From Squalus acanthias (Eukaryota), in the NCBI GenBank assembly GCA_030390025.1, contig CM059425.1, positions 168,580,001-168,644,000 on the forward strand: 64,000 nucleotides of DNA, read 5' to 3'. The notes beneath the pieces are model-generated. The model was not told where the DNA came from. It made no database searches and saw nothing but the letters and a program-made list of their open reading frames with translations. How positions within the stretch are numbered: the stretch's first letter is position 1; each line of letters begins with the position of its first letter. The translations under genes and the position numbers were made by a program. Below are positions 37,200 to 49,542 of this stretch, piece by piece.

Positions 37200-40100
37200 T
37201 TCATTTATCCCCTATTGGGTATTTTGTCCTCTAACCCCCTAACCCAACCCATCACTACTCCTCTGCCTTCTTACTCTTCTGCCAACCTCCCAGGCTTAAA
37301 GCCACCTTGAATAAGCCCAAAGGTACCCTCGGTGCCTCTTTGCATTCTCCAACAGACCCATCGAGACATCCATCACTGCCTGCCAACGAGCTGCAACCTC
37401 AACTGCTCCAACCCTCTTGTAAACCTTTCTAACCAGTGAGCCTGCTGGGAGCTAACCTCATCAAGTTCCTTTCTGTCCCATTCACTCAATCCACCACTGC
37501 CCCATAGATTCTGACAGCTGATCAACAATCACTGCCCCTCTCTGCATTTCCCTCCAGATGTGCATTCACTTGAGCAAAGCCCTTGCCATCCACAATGTTA
37601 TTGTGGATGTTTGCATTGATGACTTGGCTTTGTCTGAAATGTGGTACACAGGAGGTGACAGCTTACCTCTTACTAAAGCCTCCCTGTCTGGCATTACTTT
37701 CCCCCATCTACCCTGCTCAAACTGGCACAGTGGTAGAGTGGCTCTTATCACCAAATCACACCTTGGTCTCTCCCTCACTACTTTGGCATCCTTCTCCTTT
37801 GAAAACCTCACCTTGTACCAGCCCTCTGATTTCTTCTTTAAAATTCTTGTTGTCTACCACCCACCCAAGCCCTATCCCGAGTTTGTTCCTGAGATATCCT
37901 CCCTCCTTTGTCACTCAACCGCTGTATTGAAAAAATCTTCATTAACAGTGATCATCTCAGCTCCCCTTGACCACTTCCTCCTGAATTAATTGCCCTCCTG
38001 CCCTTGCTAAACCTTTCCCTCCAAATGTTACAGTGCTGGAGAGAGAGAGGATGTCCTGGAGGGGTCAAGGACAGAATCTATATGGCTAGAGTTAAGAAAT
38101 AATAGAGGTGCCATTACACTACTAGGTGTATTCTATAGGCCACCAAATAGTGGGAAAGATATGGAGGAGCAAATTTGCAGAGAAATAACAGAGAGGTGCA
38201 AGAACTATAGAGTAGTGATAATGGGGGACTTCAACTATCCTAATCTAGACTGGGATCGTAATAGTGTTGAGGGCAGAGAAGGGGAAGAATTTCTGAAGTG
38301 TGTTCAGGAGAACTTTCTTGATCAGTATGATTCTGGCCCGACAAGGGAGGAGGCATTGCTGGATCTGGATTTGGGGAGTGAGGTAGGTCAAGTGGAGCAA
38401 GTGTCAGTGGGTGAACATTTAGGGAACAGTGATCATAAGGTTTAGATTAGCTATGGAAAAGGACAGGGAGCAATCTAGAGTAAGAATGTTTAATTGGGGG
38501 AAGGCCAATTTCAGTGGGTTGAGAACGGATCTGGCCCGGTTAAACTGGAATCAAAGATTGGCAGGCAAAACTGTAATGGAACAATGGGCTGCCTTTAAAG
38601 AGGAAATAGTTCAGGTACAGATGAGGTACATTCCCACAAGGGGGAAAGGCAGGGCAACTAAAGGCAGGGCTCCCTGAATGACGAGAGATAGAGAATATGA
38701 TGAAGCAGAAAAAGAGCGATGTCAGGTTGCAAATAGATCTGAGAATCAGGCTATATACAGAAAGGTCAGAGGAGAAGTGAAAAAGAAAATAAAAGGGGCA
38801 AAGAGAGGGTATGAGAATAGAATGGCAGCTAACATAAAAGGTAATTCAAAGGTCTTCTATGGACATATAAATAGTAAAAGGGTGGTGAGAGGAGGGGCGG
38901 GGCCGCTTGGGGACCAAAAAGGAGACCTACACATGGAGGCAGAGGGCATGGCTGAGATGCTAAATGAGTACTTTGCATCTGTCTTCACCAAGGAAGAGGA
39001 TGCTGCCATAGACATAGTAAAGGAGAGGTAGTGGAGATACTTGATAGGATAAAAATTGATATAGAGGAGGTATTAGAAAGGCTGGTTGTACTTAAAGTAG
39101 ATAAGTCACCAGGAGCGGATGGGATGCATCCTAGGATGCTGAGGGAATTGAGGGAGGAATTCGCGGAGGTACGCCATAATATTCCAATCCTCCATAGATA
39201 AGGGGGTGGTGCCAGAGGACTGGAGAATTGCAAATGTTACACCATTGTTCAAAAAAGGGTATGAAGATAAACCTAGCAACTACAGGTCAGTCAGTTTGAC
39301 CTCGGTAGTGAGGAAGCTTTTAGAAACAGTAATCAGGGCCAAAATTAACAGTCACTTGGATAGGTGTGGATTAATTAAGGAAAACCAGCATGGATTTGTT
39401 AAAGGCAAATCGTGTTTAACTAACTTGATTGAGTTCTTTGATGAGGTAACAGAGAGGGTTGATGAGGGTAATGCAGTTGACGTAGTATATATGGATTTCC
39501 AAAAGGCGTTCGACAAAGTGCCACCTAATAGGCTTGCCAACAAAGTTGAAGCCCATGGAATAAGAGGGACAGCGGCAGCATGGATACGGAAATGGCTAAG
39601 TGATGGGAAACAGAGAGTAGTGGTGAACGGTTGTTTTTCGGGCTGGAGGAAGGTATAAATGGTGTTCCCCAGGGGTTGGTTCTCGGACCACAGCTTTTCT
39701 TGATATATTTTAATGACTTCGACGTGGGTGTACAGGGCACAATTTCAAAATTTGCAGATGACACAAAACTTGAAAGTATAGTGAACAGTGAGGAGGAGAG
39801 TGATAAACTTCAGGAAGACATAGACAGGCTGGTGAAATGGGCGGACATGTGGCAGATGAACTTTAACGCAGAAAAGTGTGAAGTGGTACATTTTGGTAGA
39901 AAGAATGAGGAGAGGACATATAAACTAAATGGTACAATTCTAAAGGGGCTGCAGGGCAGGTTGAGAAAGCAGTTAAAAAGGCTTCATGAATAGAGGTATA
40001 GAGTACAAAAGTGGAAATTATGATGAACCTATATAAAACACTGGTTCGGCCTCAGCTGGAGTACTGTGTCCAATTCAGGGCAGCACACTTTCGGAAGGAT

Positions 40101-41870
40101 GTGAAGGCCGAAGAGAGGGTACAGAGAAGATTTACGAGAATGATTCCAGGAATGAGGGACTTCAGTTATGTTGATAGACTGGAGAAGCTGGGGTTGTTCT
40201 CCTTGGAGCAGAGAAGATTGAGAGGAGATTTGATGGAGGTGTTCAAAGTCATGAGGGTTCTGGACAGAGTAGATCGAGGGAAACTGTTCCCATTGGCAGA
40301 AGGGTCGAGAACCAGAGGACACAGATTTAAGGTGCTTGGCAAAAGAACCAAAGGCGACGTAAGAAAAAACTTTTTTACGCAGCGAGTGGTTAAGATCTGG
40401 AATGTACTGCCTGAAAGGGTGGTGGAGGCAGATTCAATCACGGCTTTCAAAAGGGAGTTGGATAAGTATCTGAAGGAAAGAAATTTTCAGGGCTACGGGG
40501 TAAGGGCGGGGGTGTGGGAATAACTGAAGTGCTCTTGCAGAGAGCCGGCATGGGCTCGACAGGCCGAATGGCCTTCTTCCGTGCTGTAACCATTCTATGA
40601 TATTCTATGGTATAAACTCTCCTACTCAAATTCACAGTCACCCCCTCAAACTTGCTATCTCTCGTGGCCTCTCCACAATCGACAAGGCCATGTTTGACCA
40701 CTTTGTTGTATCCCTCACCACCCACATTCCCTCCCAAACCCCACTTCCTTCTGTGTCTGTACCTGGAAAAAAAATTCCCCCTAGTAATTCACAACTTTGC
40801 TTTCAAATTCCCAATTGCCTCGCTTTGGCCTTCCACTTGCTGTAATACTTCAGCAGCTGCCAGTTTGCTCACCCACTACCTCACATCCATCTTGGATGTT
40901 CTGGTCTCCAGCAAAGCCTTTACACTCTCCCATCCTGGTTGTTCCCCTGGTATGGCCCTCATCTTCATTCCCTGAGGTCCAGTGGAGCTTGACTGGTTTA
41001 GCCATCCAGCACCTGATCTGACTAGACTGCATAAAGCACTCTGAGGCCTCACTCTCCTCTGCCATAACCAACTACTCCAGAATCATCTGGGGAGCAAAAG
41101 TAATCCTGGGCTTCTATTCTCCACTACTAACCATCTCCATTAAAGCCCTCTGCCCTGTCCCTCCACCCTCACTTCCAACAACAAGATCAGGTAGCTCAAG
41201 GATTTCGTTGTCACTGGACCATACATTCAGCTGCCTCAGTTGCTTCCCCCTCTTACCCTTTTCCCACCAAGAAAACCTCTCCTCCGGCTCTCACCTACTG
41301 TAGCTCTGACCTTGTGTCTTTCTCTAGTTTCATTCCCATTTCCCCGAGTTCACCTTGTCCATGAGACCCACCTTGACCTCATTTACTGTCTTCCCTTTCT
41401 AGCACCCATTCCTGCTGACATTGTAAATGGCCCCGTCTCCTCGGGTACTGTTCCTTTCCCTTTAAAAACTGTCCTTAAAAAAAAAACCTGCCCTTGTCCC
41501 CTCTTTGCTTGCAACCTACCGCCCCATCTCCAATTTCTCTTTCCTCTCCAAAGTTCTTGAGCGTATTGTAGCATCCAAAAATCCGTACCTATCTTTCCCG
41601 CATTTCCTTGTTTGAATCTGTCCAGTCAGGTTTCCACCTTTGCCACAGCACTGAAACGGCCCTAATTAAAGTCACAAATGACATCCACTGTGACTATGGT
41701 GCATTATCTCTCTTTGTCCTTGAACTCTCTGCAGCCTTTGACAAGGTTGATTGCACCATTCTCCTCCAGTGCCTGTTGTCCAGCTGACTGGGACTGCCTT
41801 CAGCTTGGTTCCAGTCTTACCTATCGAATTATAGCCAGAAAGTCTCCGGTAATGGCTTCTCTTTGCAGTG
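37200..41870 (+). mobile_element. L2 LINE (endonuclease and RT remnants), interrupted by a CR1
   Basis: Endonuclease KALAIHNVIVD.CIDDLALSEMW (37558-37989); RT-like FESVQSGF..HSTETALIKVTND (~41610-41760); pyrimidine-rich plus strand. Confidence 0.85.
38028..40608 (+). mobile_element. CR1 LINE ORF2 (EN-RT), 5'-truncated, nested in L2
   Basis: ORFs 38161-40523 with GDFNYP, VPEDWRIANV, KFADDTK and RRLRGDL; tail ttctatgatattctatg; similar to the 25-29 kb subfamily. Confidence 0.95.
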
Positions 41871-42509
41871 AATGTTATTCTTTTATAGTTGTGCTGCTTA
41901 GAGGATACTTTAAGCTTCCTTCTTTTAAATGTTCGCTTTGACCTGATAAGCTGGTAGCATCATTTGGAATTTCAATGAAATAGCTATGGGAGATAAATCT
42001 ATAGGTGTGATTGTCTGCCTATTTAAGTGCAGGTGTTCTAAAATGGAAATAAAATCTGTTTTCATTCTGTAAATGGATTGCTGTAAGCATTAGACACTAG
42101 GAGGGTTACAAACCATGAACAAGGATTGTCATCAGTGAATAAGGAACATTGTAGTAGTTGAAGTTTTATAGTAAAAGCCAACCCAAATTAATGTGTGATT
42201 GACGAAGAAATTACATGTCTACTTTGTAAAGTATATATTTTTAGATCAATGTGCTGTTTTGTAAGCGTCTTTGGCTGATATCTTTGGCATTGCTTTGGGT
42301 GTTATTTGAAAGAACTCATAATGGTATATTGTTGCCCCTTTGTAACAAAATGACAGTGGTCAGAATGGGATCCAAAGATCAGCTCAAGTTGAGCAACACT
42401 AGGTCTGAGCTGCAGCTTCTGAAAATACAATAATAAAGAGCCTCAGCAGGGATTTGCTGAGGTCTAATTCTGTAATGCATTAGTCATACGCAATCTTTTC
42501 TTTTAACAG

Positions 42510-42586
42510 GTTCCATCTGAATGAAGACTGAAGCCAGTCTCTGTGCTGTCAATCATTGATTGTGAGGCGAGTGATGGTCTGAAGCT
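42510..42586 (+). other. Candidate non-coding exon (77 bp)
   Basis: Acceptor tcttttcttttaacag, donor GTGAGT; stops in all three frames. Confidence 0.35.
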
Positions 42587-42943
42587 GTGAGTGTTTAAAC
42601 CGGAGCCTGACCCTCTGGGAAAACTCAGATTTATTTTGTTACCGGTCTCTGAATGAGATGTCCGAATGAGAAGAACGGTTGAGAATTTTGTGTTCACTAA
42701 TAGAGACAGCAAAGAAGCTCCATACGCCTGGCTGATTTACAGTGCGTCACCTTTTAGACTGATGGACTGACGATTGCTACGTCTGCAGTGCTGCTGATAC
42801 CCCAGCTCTGAATTCATGCTGCTGAAGGATTCTCACGTTTATAGCTGATAGAATTGCTTTTCATCCAAAATCTGAACAGAAGTAGCAGAGTGGACATGGC
42901 TCGTTTCATTAGCAAATTACTGTTGGTATTTCTAATCTTTCAG

Positions 42944-42987
42944 AACAATTGTATGTCTTATGAAAGCACGCTCTCTCTCTTAAAGAG
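42944..42987 (+). other. Candidate exon (44 bp)
   Basis: Acceptor tttctaatctttcag, donor GAG|GTAGGT; one open frame (NNCMSYESTLSLLK). Confidence 0.4.
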
Positions 42988-43385
42988 GTAGGTATGAATA
43001 TGGGATCGTCCTTGCTTTGTTAAAGTAATTAATTAGTGCATGCATACGCTCATGAACTATTCTTTTCCTTCGCTTTTTAACATTAAAATAAATGCATACA
43101 ATTATACTCACTGTAAATAGTTCAACAGCCATTTATAAATTTGCCATGTAAAACTATCTTTTTTGATAATGGTAATGTACATCATCCTTCAAGTTCTAGT
43201 TTTCTCAAGCTTCTATATCAGGTAGGAAAATGCATTGTAATTAGAAACAGTTCATTTGACTGTTACATGTACCTTTTGGCATGTACTCTAGCTTGTTTTC
43301 TCAAATTTGTTCTTTTATGTAAATTGCACTTTTTGTTTTTCTAAAGAAAATGCTATTTTTTAAAATGATTTTGTTTTTCCCCTAG

Positions 43386-43505
43386 GTATCAACAAAGCCC
43401 ATGGTCATTGCCCTCCAATTGTCCCAAAAACAGACATCAGAGATTTCACCAAATTCTCCTAACTTTAAACTTGAAGTTAGGATGCCTGGAGTAACACCTG
43501 TGATG
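43386..43505 (+). other. Candidate exon (120 bp, open in phase 0)
   Basis: Acceptor ttttgtttttcccctag, weaker donor ATG|GTATTC; reads VSTKPMVIALQLSQKQTSEISPNSPNFKLEVRMPGVTPVM; no family recognised. Confidence 0.35.
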
Positions 43506-45089
43506 GTATTCACCTTTTATTTCTCTCTCATGTTTTTAATGCATTTTTATCCAAGTAGATATGTTTTTCAAGTTTACAAAATTAAAATCAGTTATTTCAC
43601 TTATTGCAATAACTTGCTAAAATTTCCAGTAAGAATGCTAAATGTATTTATAATAATGTGGCATTTTTATGAAATTGCTAACTAGTTCTATTATAATGAT
43701 GTGACTCTAAAATTAAATAATTTTGTTTTAATTTATATCCCTTTCTGTTAGAATTCATACTGTAGGTGTCATTGTATACATTATGTGGTTAAACATTATC
43801 TCAGAAACTATGTTATCAAGCCAGGACCTAAATACTGCTTACAAGATAATAGTTTTTGTGGCAATGGGCCAATGATCTCGGTCTCAAGGGAAGTGAAATA
43901 CGAAAGGGTTGGATTTTATATCCAGCAGAGAGGAGCAATATAATGGAGAAATACTGTTAAAACAAGATGCATTCTAAATCTTTTGTTTTGCATCATCAGT
44001 GCCACTACTAAAGGATTAGACTTTATTTTCAGTACATTTCTGCATGGATATTTGCAGTTTTTTTAAATTTTACAAAACTGTACTCTCTATGAATCTTCTG
44101 CTTAATTAATTTTTGCACACTTACAGACAGTAAGGGCCTTTGGAAATGCCAATTTCATTTTGTACTAAAACCTTGAGAGACTGCAGCAACGCAACCAGAA
44201 TTGAACAATTTAATAGGAGTTGCTCTGCAGAATGGATGACTCATAGTTGCGGATAGCACTCGTTATTTCATAGGGTTTAGGAAAAACCTGTAGGAAAAGC
44301 TGCTTAAATGTAGGGGAATCTATTTGTGTTTCATAATGAGTGGTCGTAAAAGCCTACGTTGTCAAACAAAGCTTGATTTCTAAAATATAAACTAAATGCA
44401 ATTGGAATTTTGAAACAAAACCTGGTGACTGTATAATAAATAAATGAGATACATTTTAAAGGATTCCTGTTGTTTGATCTTTCCTTATGCAATAAGGAAT
44501 ACTCAAGAATTAGCCCCTAGTTCTGATTGCTATTCATTGACTTCTGCAGGAAAGTGTACATGTGTGGATGTTGGATGAGAAAAGGACTGAACTGGTTTCT
44601 GTTGATGTCCATGGTAGAATACTCTGTCAAGATTTATTATCCAGGATCATGTGAAGAATTGGTGCTTGGGTGAGGAGATGAATAGCTGCTGGCACTCTTG
44701 AAACCATACGCCAGAAAATCAGAAAGGGGAATAAAGACCAATTCAGTGTACTCTCGAATGGAACCTCAAGCATATTAAGAATTTATGAGCACGTGATTTC
44801 ATAACATTGGCCCTAGTATGTTAATGCAGGGATTGCACTACAGATTGGTTGGATACTGGCTTGTTTTCCAAATAGGTTTGTGATCTCATCCTGCTTTTAG
44901 TGGTTGGGATTGAGGGAAGCCACATACTACTTTGGAGTCTAATGCATCTAGATGCCTGTTAAAACTTAATTACGAAGGAAATGTAGTATGCTTGAGCATT
45001 TTACTAGATGCTGTCAGTGGCTAGCTAACCAGTGCATAGGCCCATAATAAATGGCATTTAGGATTAACAGTTATGCCTTACAGATCTTT

Positions 45090-45560
45090 TGGAATAATTT
45101 TCAAGACTTCTTTGAAGGGGCAACTAAATTGGTAGGTGATGGCAATCCACTTGAATTTACAGAAGGCCTATGGTAAAGTTTTGCTAATGAGGCTTATAAA
45201 GGTTAAAGCTTATGGAATTAATGGAAGATTAGATAATTGGATTGGAAACTGGCAGTGGTAGAAAGCATATGAAGATGATAATGGGAAAAGCATTGATGGG
45301 GGGGGTGGGAGAATGACTAATTGAGTTCCATAGGGGTCTGTTCTGGTTACCATGATGTTTATACTGTTCATAAATGATAATAAGCATGAACATTGTGCCA
45401 CAAAATTACACAAAGAAAATTTGCTAACATTAGAAAACTATATAGCCTGGTGATGATTATAATAGAAATTGAGAGCTTTCAGAGGGACCTTGGCTGGTTA
45501 AGTGGATAGGTTGAGAAATGATTGCTCTAGTCAATTGGATCAGAAGATTATGCTTAATAA
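45090..45560 (+). mobile_element. Ancient CR1 RT remnant
   Basis: Decayed LNLQKAYGKV, AYGINGRLDNWIGNW and VP.GSVL motifs. Confidence 0.6.
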
Positions 45561-46339
45561 TAAAATAGTTTAATACATAGATTAGGAAAGAATGGAATGG
45601 AAAAAGGCTATTTGCAGACCAAGCCCACTACTTCAACAGATTGTTTGCAATCTGCTCAGCATGGACTCTCTGCACGCAATCCATTGAGGGAACGCTTTGC
45701 ATAAATTTGTTTCTGACCCCCAAAGATAAATGAATAAAATTACAGAGTAACTTCACATCCTCACATCATTTGTGGCTGATTTGTTTTCCATAGATAACAT
45801 TTTATTGGTCACATCAGTACAGGAACCATTGTGTTCATGGAGTATTTGATCATCTGTTCATACAATATCTCTAAACTTCAATCCCATTTCTAACCAGATA
45901 TTTATTAAATTCTGAAACTTTATTTCAATAATCCAATCTATAGAACACCAAACAGGAGAGCAGTCAAGCATGTAGCAATTGACAGTAAAGGTATAAACAT
46001 TTTTGAGGTTTTTTTTTAAAGTAATGTTCATAAAATGGTTTACATATTGGTGTTTTTAGTACATTTTCTTAACAGTACTTAGCGGAAGGACACTCATAGC
46101 AGAGTTGTGCATTTTGGATCAGGGCATTTATGGGGGAGGGGTATTTGTCCAACATAATCACATATGATTGCGGTGGGACAGGTAGGGCTTCGCAGTAATG
46201 GGGGGAACCATGCCTACTCGTAGCATAATTACATTAGTCTGAGTGTCAGGTGCTCCCACACAATCCTGGGGGCCAAAAGAAAAGTGAGTCTGAGGCGATT
46301 TAAGTGTTGGTCATGGCCTTTTTGCATGTCCAAGATCAC

Positions 46340-47045
46340 TGCCCAGAATGGTGGATTTGTGGGCAGGGCCTAGTACTTTCCCCCTCATCCCTACCCTAAC
46401 CCATCACTACTCCTCTGCCTTTCTACTCTTCTGCCACCATCCCAGATTGAATCCCCCTTGGATAAGTGCACAGCTACATTTTGTGCCTTGCTCAGTATTT
46501 TCCAATGGGCTCATCAAAGCAGCAGTTGCTGCCCCCTTATGAGCAGAACCCCCAACTGCTCCATCCTCCTCCCTTGCCAATGTTCCCGCTCAGTGTGCAC
46601 GCTGGCTGCTAAATACAACAGCCTCCTCCCCATTCCGCTCACCCGACCCACCTGAACTATGCCAACAGATCAAAAATCACTGCCCCTCTCCATATTTCCC
46701 TCCAGAATGTCCGTTTACTCATGAACAAGGCGTTTGCCATCCATGATCTGATTGTGGATGATTGCATTGATGAATTGGCTTTGACTGGAACTGGCTCACA
46801 GATGGTGACACTTTGCCACTTACTGAAGCCTCTCTACCTGGTTATTCTTTCCACCAGCTGCCTGCCCAAAACCACCCCGGTAATTATCACCAAATCACAC
46901 CTTGGTCTCTCCTCCAGCATATTCTCTTTTGAGCACCTCACTTTTTCCCATCCTCTCGCCTCTCCTCTAAAATCTTTGTTTTCTACCCCCCCAAGCCCCA
47001 TCCGAGTATCTCCCAGAGTTATACCAACTTCCACTGAGCAGCTTT
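46340..47045 (+). mobile_element. L2 5'/endonuclease fragment
   Basis: NKAFAIHDLIVDDCIDELALT and IITKSHLGLS; DNA matches 37240-37930. Confidence 0.8.
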
Positions 47046-47985
47046 AGGTTTTGATAGGTATCAATCCAAGCAGCTTGATTCACAACATCATTGTTGCTCT
47101 GTCCAGTTGCTTTCATGGTTATATTTTGATAGTCTCAATCTACGTTTCAGATTTGGTCGTGCTGGTGGAACTAAGGTAGCTGAGTAATGAAACTTGAAAA
47201 CAGGCGATAATCTTTCACTTATTTTGATTCCTAATCATTCACGCACAGTGTGTGCTTTTTGCTGGTTACCTTTGGCACCTAAACCTAGCCAAATACAGTT
47301 ACGACAACTATACCCAGTTTTGTAAGTGTGCTCACCATCTCACATTCATCTCCGTGCAAACTACATCATACAGTTAGCGATTTTAAATAGTCAGCTTCAG
47401 ATAAGCATGTGCTTGATCCAAGTGTAGAGTCCCAGTGAATAAGGGCAATTTATACTTGCTCATTTATAGAGTTTATGATCCAGGCAATGCAGAACCTAAA
47501 CCAAGTGTAAAGTTTTTTGCAATTCATTTTTTTCTCCCTCTGTGGGAGTTCCATTTTGGGCCTCCTGAAAGCCACAGCAATAAAATTAAGCCTGCTGTGC
47601 GGGTATTCACGCAGGGATTAATGATTATTTTTGAACTTCAACCTTCAGCCTGTTGAGGGCCACTATCCCAACACCTCATTGGGGTGGAGGTCTCTGCTCC
47701 TGCGCTGCGCTGGCAGCTCACCACTAGTATGTTAGTAACTCCATCCCCATGATTTAGAACAGAGTGAGTGGCAGAGAAAAGTGACGGATGGTATGCCTGA
47801 CCCACCACACTTTGGCTCTCTTAAAGGTCTCTATAGACTTTCAGGTTCAAAATTCCTAAATACAAACTTAATTCGAGTAATGAAGTCTTGTTATCCTAAA
47901 TTAGTGGACACTTCTGTTTAACGAATAGAAGTTGAAACGCAATGATTCTTTCTTTGTACACATGCTCATTGAGCAGGTGTACATT

Positions 47986-48370
47986 GTCAGCCGTGGCTCA
48001 GTGGGTAGCACTCTCATATCTGAATCTGAAGGTTGTGTGCTCAAGTCCCACTCCAGAGACTTGAGCACATTATCTATGCTGACACTGCTGTGGAGTACTG
48101 AGGGAGTGCTGCACTATTCGAGGTGCGTCTTTCAGATGGACGTCAAACCGAGGCCTCGCCTGCTCTCTCAGGTGAACATAAAGATCCCATGGCACTATTT
48201 TGAAGAAGAGCAGGGGAGTTCTCCGCGGTGTCCTGGCCAATATTTATCCCTCAACCAACATCACTAAAACAGATTATCTGGACATTATCACATTGCTGTT
48301 TATGGGAGCTTGCTGTGCGCAAATTGCCTGCCGTGTTTCACACATTACAACAGTGACTACACTTGAAAGG
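47986..48370 (+). mobile_element. tRNA-derived Deu-domain SINE (SacSINE1-like), 3'-truncated
   Basis: A box tggctcagtggg, B-box-like gctcaagtcc; body matches the adjacent copy. Confidence 0.85.
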
Positions 48371-48525
48371 TACATTATGAAATAAAGAAATCCGTCAGAT
48401 CATAGGAACTTTATTTATTTCTGGAGCAAGCAAGCCTGAAAGTTTTTTTTTCTCTCCATCCTTTTAAGAGTATTCAGGCCTTGTTTAATTCTTCATTCAT
48501 CAATGAGGAAATCAATTTCAACAGT

Positions 48526-48986
48526 GTCAGCTGTGGCTCAGTTGGTAGCACCCTTGCTTCTGAGTCAGAAGGTTGTGGGTTCAAGTCTGACTCCAGGGAC
48601 TTGAACACAAAAATCTAGGCTAACACTCCAGTGCAGTACTGAGGGAGTGCTGCACTGTCGGAGGTGCCGTCTTTCGGACGAGGCGTTAAACCGTCTGCTC
48701 TCTCGGGTGGATATAAAAGATTCTATGGCACTATTTCGAAGAAGAGCAGGGCAATTACCCTGGTGTTCTGGCCAATATTAATCCCTCAATCAACATCAAT
48801 TTAAAAAAAAAAACCAGATTATCTGGACATTATCACATTGCTGTTTGTGCGATCTTGCTGTGCGCAAATTGTCTGCTGCGTTTCCGACATGACAACAGTG
48901 ACTACACTTCAAAAAGTACTTCATTGGCTGTAAAGCGCTTTGGGACATCCGGTAGTCATGAAAGGCGCTATATAAATGTAAGTCTT
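48526..48986 (+). mobile_element. Full-length tRNA-derived Deu-domain SINE (SacSINE1-like) with L2-type tail
   Basis: A box 48534-48545, B box gttcaagtc 48579-48587, tail aaagcgctttgggacat...aaggcgctatataaatgtaagt. Confidence 0.88.
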
Positions 48987-49542
48987 AATTTTTTTATTAA
49001 CAACAACATCAACTTGTATTTATATAGTGCCTTTAACATAGTAAAATGTCCCAAGGCGCTTCACAGGAACGTATTTGATACCGAGCCACTTAAGGAGATA
49101 TTGGGGCAAATAACCAAAAGCTTGGTCAACGAGGTAGGTTTTAAGGAGCATTTTAAAGGAGGAAAGAGAGGTAGCGAGGCGGAGAGGTTTAGGGAGGGAA
49201 TTCCAGAGCTTAGGGCCTTGACAGCTGAAGGCACGGCCACCAATGGTGGAGCGATTAAAATCGGGGATGCGCAAGAGGCCAGAATTAGAGGAGCGCAGAT
49301 ATCTTGGAGGGTTGTAGGACTGGAGGAGGTTACAGAGATAGGGAGGGGCGAGGCCAGAGAAGGATTTGAAAACAAGGATGAGAATTTTAAAATCGAGTGT
49401 AGGTCAGCGAGCACAGAGGTGATGGGTGAACGGGACTTGGTGCGAGTTAGGACACGGGCAGCAGAGTTTTGGATGACCTCAAGTTTACGGAGGGTGGAAG
49501 ATGGGAGGCCGGCCAGAAGTGTTGAAATAGTCAAGTCTAGAG

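Noticed and set aside
42750..42815. C/D box snoRNA
   Set aside because: C box is imperfect (TGATGG) and there is no convincing terminal stem.
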